Assembly: GCF_006345805.1 (NCBI RefSeq) | Contig: NC_042998.1 | Coordinates: forward strand, 5,146,001 to 5,210,000 | DNA from: Octopus sinensis | Lineage: Eukaryota | Direction of reading: 5' to 3' | Length of the DNA stretch: 64,000 bases | In this document: positions 51,731 through 64,000 of the stretch, one piece after another | Position numbering within the stretch: position 1 is the first letter of the stretch | Layout of the letters: each line of letters begins with the position of its first letter | The notes under the pieces: generated by a model | What the model saw: only the letters and a program-made list of their open reading frames with translations | What the model was told of the DNA's origin: nothing | Databases searched by the model: none | Translations under genes and position numbers: made by a program

Positions 51731-51735
<5 letters not shown>
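51452..51735. repeat. Long near-perfect inverted repeat (arms ~122 bp, spacer ~40 bp, itself partly palindromic)
   Basis: 51452-51574 is the reverse complement of 51614-51735 with only a few mismatches. Confidence 0.92.
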
Positions 51736-51784
<49 letters not shown>

Positions 51785-52269
51785 ATATGAATTAAAATAG
51801 GCAGCTGTTTAGCAATGTATCATCAGAAAGAAAACTGATGCCTAGTTTAATTAATTGTATTCACCGTATCAGGACAATTACCCCACCAGGACAATTACCC
51901 CTTCTCCAATATATTCATAAGTTTTAAATCATGATCTGTTGCCCTTAGGGGTAATTGTTATTGTGGGGTTATTGTCCGTGAGAGGTAAATGTCCTAGACA
52001 CGTATACACGTAAGCTATTCGCTAAATCCTCCATAAATTTCTATGGAGTAGGCATATATACTTGTGACGATCTCATCCGGAATCTGGTGTGTGGTGCCGA
52101 CACTACTGAAGAGGGTTCGGTCTTAAAGCCGAAATTTTCGATGATAAGTCTGTCGATTTCGGCCGTTTAAGATCGCTGTCAGTATGAATGTATACAATTA
52201 TGAACGTTAACTGCAGCATGAGAGTACTTTAGCTCTTATTTCTAGCATTGCACGTGTTCTAACCTCCTC

Positions 52270-52470
52270 TGTCATATTTAATGACAATTGACCTCGTGTG
52301 TACCGTTGGCGATTTTTTTTCCTCTGTCTTCCCTTCTCTGGATCTTTCCGACGAAGAGCTCCGCTCGAAACGTTAAACCCCTTCTTTCCTGAGCGTCCAA
52401 TAATACTATATTTGTTCCACGTCCTCGAGTTGTTGTGTTTTTTTGTGCTTTTTTGTTTGGATTAACTACA
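52270..52470 (+). mobile_element. Probable Penelope-like pseudo-LTR remnant with a hammerhead-like motif
   Basis: ttt-CCGACGA-AGAG CTCCG CTC-GAAA-CGT-TAAA at 52345-52377 has the minimal-hammerhead layout with a palindromic ACGT stem III; pyrimidine-rich flanks; ends in (TA)n. Confidence 0.4.
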
Positions 52471-52488
52471 TATATATATATAATATAA

Positions 52489-52532
<44 letters not shown>

Positions 52533-52617
52533 ATATATAGAAATATTGAATTCTAAATGTCTCAACGAGACATGAGCGGTGGTGGAGAGATAGAGTGGTT
52601 GTATAAAGTCAACATAA

Positions 52618-52863
52618 TGTGATAGTCCCGTAGAGGGAATTACACCACCGTTATATAGCCCTAGGAAGCATCGACGTTTCTTGTCGGCTTCGACACATTT
52701 CCTGTGTCCTTATATTCGCAAAGGGGAGGCAAGCACCTCCACCAGCCAGGACTAGCAACCTGAATACATGCATGTTTCTGGGTATTGCCCGTCATCAGTT
52801 CAGGGTAGCGTGTCCCCGCTGGTGGTGTTACTTACCAAGCCTCTGCGAATATGTTTATTTACA
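52618..52863 (-). mobile_element. Hammerhead-bearing ~245-bp non-coding element, copy 1
   Basis: TGT...ACA termini, nested long-range pairing (ATATTCGCA/TGCGAATAT, CCACCAGC/GCTGGTGG) around a hammerhead core, and homology to 34733-34975. Confidence 0.7.
52759..52804 (-). ncRNA. Type I hammerhead ribozyme motif
   Basis: Minus strand CCUGAA-CUGAUGA-CGGG CAAUA CCCA-GAAA-CAUGCAUG-UA-UUCAGG. All catalytic-core nucleotides are present, stem I is a perfect 6 bp, stem III is palindromic and the cleavage triplet is GUA; only the 10.1-11.1 pair is a C.A mismatch. Confidence 0.75.
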
Positions 52864-52877
52864 GTGAAATGTATATA

Positions 52878-55800
52878 TGTGTTTGGCATCCTTTCTGTCT
52901 CGGGAGACAATGGAGTTGCGCATTTTTTTTTCTAGGTCTAGTCCGGCTGTTATATTTTATTTCCTGTTACATTTCTTGCTGTGGCTGTGTAGTCCTATCC
53001 TGGACAAACACTCCCTCTGGCAGGTACTGCAAATGTAGCGAAGACTGTTCCTGGCTGGTTGTAGTGCCATGGTCTCTTGTTTATGTCTCTTCCTTTCTTT
53101 CCATTTCTCCTCTCTCTTTCTGTCACTCCTCTGTATACCCTCTTTTACTGTACGTCGCCATTCTCCACGGTTGCCGGCGACTGCCTCCCAACCGCTAATG
53201 TTGATGTTGCAGGCCTTCATATCCCTTTTGCAAACATCCTTGTAACGTAAGATCGGTCTCCCACAGACCTAGTACCCCTAGCAAGCTCTCCGTAGAGTAT
53301 GTCCTTGGGATTCTGCCATCTTTCATACGGCTAACATGCCCAAGCCATCTCATACGTCTTTGTGTGAGGAGTGCAAACATGCTTGGTATTCCTGCTTGCC
53401 TGAGGACATCTTTGTTGGGGATATGATTCTGCCATTTGATGTGGAGGATTTTTCGGAGGCAGCGCAGGTGAAAGATGTTTAGGCGACGCTCTTGGCGTGT
53501 GTATAGCGTCCAGGTCTCGCTTCCATACAGTAGAGTGCTGAGTACACATGCCTGGTAGATCTTCATTTTTGTGGTCTTTGTCAGCTTATTGTCCCAAGCC
53601 CGTTTGGAGAGTTGGGCCATCGCAGCAGCTGCCTTGCCAATGCGTATATTGAGCTCAGCGTCAAGGGATAGGTTGTAGGTGACGGTAGACCCCAGATAGG
53701 TATACTTCTCCACCTCTTGTAATCTGTGGTCTCCAATATGTATGTTTGGGATGTCCGATGTAGCCTGGCCCATGATGTTGGTCTTCTTAAGGCTGATAGC
53801 TAAGCCAAAGTCGTTACATGCTTGCTCAAAACAGTTAATGAGCCTTTGGAGGGCTTCTTCTGTGTGTGTTACCAGAGCGGCATCATCAGCAAATAACATC
53901 TCCTTGATCAGGACGCTTCTGATTTTAGTCTTGGCACGCAGGCGCGAGAGATTGAACAGTTTCCCGTCACTTCTACTGTGCAGAAACACTCCATCATCTG
54001 ATGTCTGAGTCTGAAAGGCATGTGACAGCAAGAGTGAGAAGAAGATGCCAAACAATGTAGGAGCGAGGACACAGCCTTGCTTTACCCCGTTTTTTATTTG
54101 GAAGGCGGCTGATGTTGAACCGTTGTGCTGTATGGTGCCTTGCATGTCATCATGGAAAGACTTGATGATCCTCAGCAGCTTGGTGGGACATCCGATTTTT
54201 GGAGCAGGAGGGAGAGAGGCCTGTTCTGCTTACCGAGTCAAAAGCCTTTGTTAGATCAATGAAGGCCATATATAATGGCATTTTTGCTCTCTGGACTTCT
54301 CCTGAAGTTGGCGTATGGAGAATATCATATCGATAGTTGATCTGCTTCTTCTAAAGCCACACTGCGATTCGGATAGATTCGAGAAGCAAGTAGTTGTAGC
54401 CTGGCCAGGATAACGCGGGCAAAGGTCTTTCCAACAGTGCTTAGAAGGGATATACCACGGTAATTGTTACAATCACCACGGTCACCTTTGTTTTTGTAGA
54501 GCGTAATGATGTTGGCATCCCGCATATCCTGAGGGACTGTACCCTCTTCCCAGCACTGACACAGAAGCTCATGAAGGTGCGAAGCAGGATGGTGTTTTTG
54601 CCGGCTTTGATGATCTCTGGGGGATGCCGTCTTTTCCCGGAGCCTTATTTCTTGCTAGGGAGTCAACAGCCTTGGTGAGCTCTGCTATAGATGGCGGATG
54701 TCAAGTTCGCACATGACTGGCAAGATCTTGACACTCTCGACTGCAGCCTCAGCCACTGTAGTCTCCCGTGAGTAGAGATCCTGGTAGTGCTCCACCATCT
54801 ATCCATTTGCTTGCCTTGATCCCAGATGAGATCTCCAGTAGTTGATTTCAGAGGGGCTGACTTGGTTGCGGATGGACCGAGGGCCTTCTTCAAACAGCAT
54901 ACATCCACGGGTGTCGCCCCTGTCAGCAGCTGACTGGATACTCTGACAGATTTCCTGCCAATACCTATTTGCACAGCATCTGGCTGTCAGTTGGGTTTTA
55001 TTTCGTGCCTTTCTGAGTTCCTCGAGTGACTTTGTAGAAGAGTCACTCTTGTATTGCACCAGAGCTGCACGCTTTGCTTCGATACTGGCTCCAGCTCTGA
55101 GAGCCCAGCATTGAACCAATCTGGGTTTTGCCTTTCTCTCATGCCGAAAGTATCCAATGATGTCGTATACAAGGCTTCCCTGATATAGTCCCACCTACTT
55201 TCAGCAGAGGAGGTTGGGCAGCTACTGAGGGCAACCGTGATAGAAGCAGCAAAACATTTTCGCAGTATAGGGTCCGAGGTTCTGGCGGTGTTGATGCGTG
55301 GTCGGCCCACTTTCTTGAAGCGATGGACTTTTTTAGGGAGAATCCTCACCCTGCTTCTAATTAGTGAGTGGTCTGTGTCACAATCCGCACTGTGGTAACT
55401 GCGGGGTCAATAGAGTGGAACTCAGAAAGGATCTCCGTGTAATAATGATCCAGCTGATGCCAGTGGTGAGATCTTGGATGTCTCCAGGATGCCTTGTGGG
55501 ATGGCTTGCTGGTAAAGAATGTGTTTGTGATGCACAGGGTGTGGTATGTGCAGAATTCGAGTAGTCTCTGATCATTGTCATTCATGTTGCCAATACCAAA
55601 GTGTCCAACACAAATGGGCCACGAATCATGGTCAGATCCCACGCGAGCGTTAAAATCCCCTAGAAGGTAGATATTTTCAGTCGTTGGTATATTTTCTAGG
55701 ACACAGTTGAGATCTTTGTAGAACTGGTCCTTGGTCTCCTCTGAGCTGTAGAGAGTGGGAGCATAGATGCTGAGTAGATGTACTGAGCCAGAAGAAGTCG

Positions 55801-56706
55801 AGAGGCGCAGTGAGAGGATACGCTCAGTGCCTCCCGATGGTGGTTCTATTGAGGAGAGTAGTGAGTTTCTCACTGCAAAGCCAACGCCATGTTGACGAGG
55901 TTCTTCTGGATCTCTTCCCTGCCAAAAGAAGGTGAAGTCCTGCTCTTTGAGTCTGCCGTTTGAGGGAAGTCTTGTCTCCTGCAGCCCAGCAATATCTATG
56001 TTGAGCCTCTTTAGTTCACGGTCAATGATGGCCGTTTTCCTTGTGTCTTCAATACTGAGAAGATCGTCAGATATTCCAGGACACATGGTCCTGACATTCC
56101 AGCTTGCCAACTGCAGAACTGGTGTTTTCTTGAATTTTAGTTGCTTGCCTGGTGCAGAGGTTGCAGGCCGCTTTTCGAGTCGTACTCTTAGCTCCAAGCA
56201 CCCAATGGAACAGGCGGCTTGTGGCGGGTCAGCACCTTATTAACTGGGGGCTGCCCAGCTTGAGGTGGGCAGTAGCTAACCAATAGGACACGGAAGTCCC
56301 TCCCACCGGCAGAGGTAACCCGTAGCGTTCATATTTTACGCCAATCTGAATGGACTTATCACTCGTAACTGTTACCTCCCGTGTCGTTTCTGCAGCTTTT
56401 TACAGCAGCACTGAAGTGTCCTCTCCAGTTTTGCGCAGGCCTGGGCTATAGATAAGAAAGTCCTGGGTAGCCCAATCGTCAGGTTTCCTCTCTCGACCTT
56501 GCTGATGTAGTCCGGTGGAGTGCAGTGCATTACGTTTGGCACCAGCTTGGTTGCAGGAGCTGCCGGAAGAGTGTCGAATCGAACACTAGACGGCCTTCGG
56601 GGCTCCACTCCGGATTTCATTGAAGGTTGTCTCCTTTCCGTAACCCTGGATAGGGGCCCATACCGGGTACTGTCAGCCGGAGCCAGCTGAGCCCGGAACT
56701 CGTGTC
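52878..56706 (-). mobile_element. Near full-length RTE-clade (BovB-like) LINE, frameshifted
   Basis: APE domain (LASWNVRT, LQETR, LLGDFNARVG, QLDH), RT (YRGISLLS, GVKQGCVLAPTLF, LFADD, YLGS), C-terminal CxxC..LxSH finger, 3' tail ccattgtctcccgagacagaaaggatgcc, and a ~500-bp GC-rich 5' UTR. Confidence 0.92.
52957..56197 (-). pseudogene. RTE single ORF (endonuclease and reverse transcriptase), split into at least six pieces
   Basis: ORF-track pieces 55361-56197, 54987-55349, 54799-55194, 54663-54974, 54325-54525, 53195-54145 and 52957-53220. Confidence 0.88.
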
Positions 56707-56720
56707 ATATATATATTATA

Positions 56721-56760
<40 letters not shown>

Positions 56761-56827
56761 ATATATATATAATATATATATATATAATATATATATATAG
56801 ATATATATATATATAGATAGATAGATA

Positions 56828-56860
<33 letters not shown>

Positions 56861-57652
56861 CAGATATACAGAGAGAGAGAGAGAGCGGAAGGGAGAGCTG
56901 GAGGGATGTGTGCATATGTATGTATGCTTGTTAGTAAAAATTAATTTGAGATGTATAAATAGAGAAAATGTGAAATGATAAAGAAGAGTTTAACGCTTGA
57001 TAAATGACATCACAATTTTCTGGAAAATCCTAATATATCATAAAGCAACGATAGTAATATTGCTGTGTTAAAATTGAAAAGATTAATTGAATATAGATTT
57101 AGATATTCCACTTGTTAATTATGGATTGAAAGTCTACCGAGATTTATATCTTTATGCTGTGTTTGCATATTTCCTGAGAGGATATAGCTTTTGTCAAACT
57201 TTCATGAAAACTAACAAGTCTGCTTTGATTTCCCCTGCCAAAACCTCTCACTGTAATTCATAAATCTTACTTTGTAGATTTAGATCAATAAATAACTTTG
57301 ACCGTTTAATTATAGGAATATGAAGTAGAGAATATGAATTAAGTGCTTAGGTATGGTAGTTGAATATTTCAAAAAGCGGATTATTCATGTAAATTTTATT
57401 AGTAGACTCAGTAAAACAACAAAACATGATCTTTACCGGGATTCATAACTTATTTCTTACTACGCTAACGAGCGCTCCGTCACCTGTAAATCAACCGACA
57501 AAAAATAACAGGTAGATCTCCCTAAAGGATAATCTTACCATCTTAAAAATGAAGTGTACTAAAAATTGTATTCCTAAATAAATAACAGAAATTAGAGTCT
57601 ATGGTGAAATATATATATATATATATTTAAATCTTAACATTACTTGTTGTAA

Positions 57653-57760
57653 GGCGGTGACTGTCAGAATCGCCAGCGCGCCGGACAAGAGGCTTAGCGG
57701 CATTTCGTCTAGCATTACGTCCTGAGTTCATATTTCACCGAAGTCGACTTTACCTTTCGC
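57653..57760 (+). mobile_element. SINE family A head fragment (diverged)
   Basis: aaggcggtgactgtcagaatcgccagcgcgccggac...gagttcatatttcaccgaagtcgactttacctttc. Confidence 0.7.
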
Positions 57761-57889
57761 TAGTGAGCTGGTCTGCAGTGAAGGGGCTTTCGGTTAGGCA
57801 GGACTTCTCTGAAGCACCAGTCGGCCGATAGTGTTCGCCCTCACGTTGTATAACCGAACGTAACAAAAGAATTCTACATCAACATAGCA

Positions 57890-58025
57890 TAACTAAGCTA
57901 TAGATATTAATGTTAGATTTACTCCCTTGAAGCCATTAAAGATTATAAACTGCTCGGCAATATGTTAAATTGTAAAACAGCAATCATCAGACGCCATATT
58001 CTGTCTTTCAGGAAATATATCTTAA
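57890..58025 (+). repeat. ~135-bp repeat, inverted partner at 63708-63832 (continuing past the Helitron at 63304-63313)
   Basis: taactaagctatag..atttactcccttgaagccattaaa...catattctgtctttcaggaaatatatcttaa matches the reverse complement, roughly 90% by eye. Confidence 0.85.
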
Positions 58026-58029
58026 TATT

Positions 58030-58260
58030 TTATCTTTTACTTGTTTCACTCATTTGACTGCGGCCATACTAGGGCACCACCTTGAGGGCTTCAGCCGAAC
58101 AAATCGGCCTCAGGACTTTTCTTTTAAGCCTAGTACTTATTTTATCGGTCGTCTTTTGCCGAACCGCTTAGTTAAGGTGAACATAGACACACCAACACCA
58201 GTTGTCAAGCGGTGTGGAGGGGATTAACACAGACACAAAGACGCGCACGCATACATACAC
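58030..58260 (-). mobile_element. SINE family B 3' half
   Basis: cttttacttgtttcactcatttgactgcggcc...ttttgccgaaccgct...gttgtcaagcg. Confidence 0.8.
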
Positions 58261-58273
58261 GCGCGTGCACATG

Positions 58274-58330
<57 letters not shown>

Positions 58331-58588
58331 CTTACTTCAAGTTCCTGAAACTCACATCTACAACTTTATCGGTATATTTACCTTCTCTAGGATGTTACTA
58401 ATTGATTTGAGAACTTTACATTATTGGAAAACCTATATGAAATTAGCTGAAGATTACTTGACATATTATATTTGCTGTAATATTTGCAGCTTTAATAAAT
58501 TGTTATAGTATGAAACAATTGTACTAAATTACCGGTTCCATTCTTGTTGCTTATTTTTTGGTACATATATATATATATATGCATATAT

Positions 58589-58619
<31 letters not shown>

Positions 58620-58621
58620 GC

Positions 58622-58656
<35 letters not shown>

Positions 58657-58662
58657 ATATGC

Positions 58663-62372
<3,710 letters not shown>

Positions 62373-62374
62373 AA

Positions 62375-62443
<69 letters not shown>

Positions 62444-62462
62444 CATATTATATATATATATA

Positions 62463-62500
<38 letters not shown>

Positions 62501-62719
62501 TATAATATATATATATATATGCATATTATATATATTATATATATATATAGGCATATATATAATATATATATTATATGCATATATATATATAATATATATA
62601 TATGCATATATATATATTAAATATGCATATATTATATATATATATGCATATATAAATATGCATATATATATTGCATATATGCAACATATATGTACATACT
62701 TACATATATATGTATATAC

Positions 62720-63090
62720 ATATGCATATATGGGTACAGGACGTCATAAAACGTAAACAACATGAAATACGAAGGCAAACTTGGGTATGAAAACAACGAG
62801 AGAAACGAAAGGAAAACAAGACAAGTAACATAAAGAACGACCTTTCATCAGTTGTCGGCTGTTTATCTATTCCACATTTCGAGCAATTACGACAAGATGT
62901 GTCTTCGGGAAAACAGTTGCTGCCGCAAAGCAAAATAGAATTTGGGATTTGTGGAGGGTCAAAGTCGGTAACAAAAACAGGGGCTGCTAAATCATAACGA
63001 GGTGAGTTGGCGAACGCTGCAGGAACAAGCTTTGACAGGAGAAAAGATAGAAGAGGAGACAGACAAGAATTCGTGTGATCTATGTGGCAA
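62720..63090 (-). mobile_element. Probable Penelope-like pseudo-LTR remnant
   Basis: Minus strand ttttc-CCGAAGA-...-CTC-GAAA-TGTG-GAA hammerhead-like layout at 62870-62913, followed by a lone CTGATGA and a pyrimidine-rich tract ending in (TA)n; layout like 52270-52470. Confidence 0.35.
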
Positions 63091-63313
63091 ATCAAAAGGA
63101 AAGAAGCTAAAGTTAGGAAAAGAAAGATTCATATAATGCTCATTTTGTGTTACCGCTAGTTTTTGTTGCCGTTGATGCTTAAGTTTATGTCAGTCAGTCT
63201 AGATCTAAGTGAACTATGATAAAGGGCTTACAGTCTGTGATTATCTTAGCAACTTTCTATATCGGTAATTGCATTGTCATATGTATCTTTTTTCTGTTTT
63301 TGTTTAAGATATA

Positions 63314-63707
63314 CGAGCAGTATCGCCCGGCGTTGCTCGGGTTTGTAAGGGAAATAACTATATAAGCATTTTTAGAGAGTTATAGCCAAAAAATAGCAAA
63401 AAAATGCATTAAAAATGGAAAAAAATTATGGTAAATTTTTTTTAAATCGTTGACTCATTGTAGACATTTTTAGAGAGTTACTTCCCTTATATAATAGCGA
63501 AAAAATGCATTAAAATGGAAAAAATTATGGTAATTTTTTTTTAAATCGTAGACTCATCGTAGACGCACGCTAATACCCAGAAGGGCTCGATATGAATCAC
63601 GACTATAAGATACCCGGTTTTGGTTAAACTGCACCGCAAAATGTGGGAGTAGTTAGGAATCTAAATCGTTAGAGACAGACACACAACCTTACTTTTATAT
63701 ATAAAGA
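63314..63707 (-). mobile_element. Non-autonomous Helitron (Lep1-like) with an internal ~95-bp tandem duplication
   Basis: A|TCTTTATATATAAAAG start and 3' hairpin CCCGAGCAACGCCGGG + CGATACTGCTCG|T. Removing it restores tcaggaaa|tatatcttaa, identical to the empty site at about 58008-58025. Confidence 0.85.
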
Positions 63708-63832
63708 TTTCCTGAAAGACAGAATATGACGTCTGGTGCTTGCTGTTTTACAATTTAACATATTGTCGAACAGTTCAAATTTTTAATGGCTTCAAGGGAG
63801 TAAATCTAAAATTAATAACTATAGCTTAGTTA
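63708..63832 (-). repeat. Inverted partner of 57890-58025
   Basis: Reverse-complement match, see 57890-58025. Confidence 0.85.
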
Positions 63833-64000
63833 ACCTGTGTTGAGATAAGTTGAGATTTGACTGCGATATTTAGCAGTTCAAGTAACCAAATAAAGGTGTT
63901 CTCCTTGTACACAACTAACTGGTAGTCATTGTGGTGGAGCTGTTTTCTGAACTAGCACTATGGAATAATTTACTTTCAAAAATGCTTCATCTATGAAAGG

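Noticed and set aside
52618-52863. Calling the hammerhead element a conventional solo LTR
   Set aside because: TG...CA ends are present, but there is no 4-6 bp TSD, no consistently placed TATA box or AATAAA in both copies, and no PBS/PPT context; left as an open alternative.

Overview
AT-rich, microsatellite-saturated animal genomic DNA, almost certainly intronic or intergenic. The SINE families and repeat landscape resemble an octopus or other coleoid cephalopod (inference, not verified). No host protein-coding gene can be called; most ORFs in the track are microsatellite artefacts or transposon relics. The window is a dense transposon deposit. It holds a full-length Tx1/L1-clade LINE with a perfect 16-bp TSD (2488-7828) nested in a non-autonomous Helitron, a near full-length RTE LINE, a 5'-truncated CR1, several R4/Dong-clade and Penelope-like relics, a mariner built from two left ends, a Tigger-like MITE, three Helitrons and about 15 tRNA-derived SINEs of three families. 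Main observations: (1) a ~245-bp non-coding element present in two strongly diverged copies (34.7 kb and 52.6-52.9 kb), each carrying a type I hammerhead ribozyme core plus conserved downstream hairpins, a retrozyme-like or Penelope-associated candidate; (2) one SINE family whose 3' tail matches the Tx1 LINE 3' end; (3) the same SINE inserting as head+(headless unit)n multimers with one fixed, self-complementary junction, two arrays each inside a single TSD pair.
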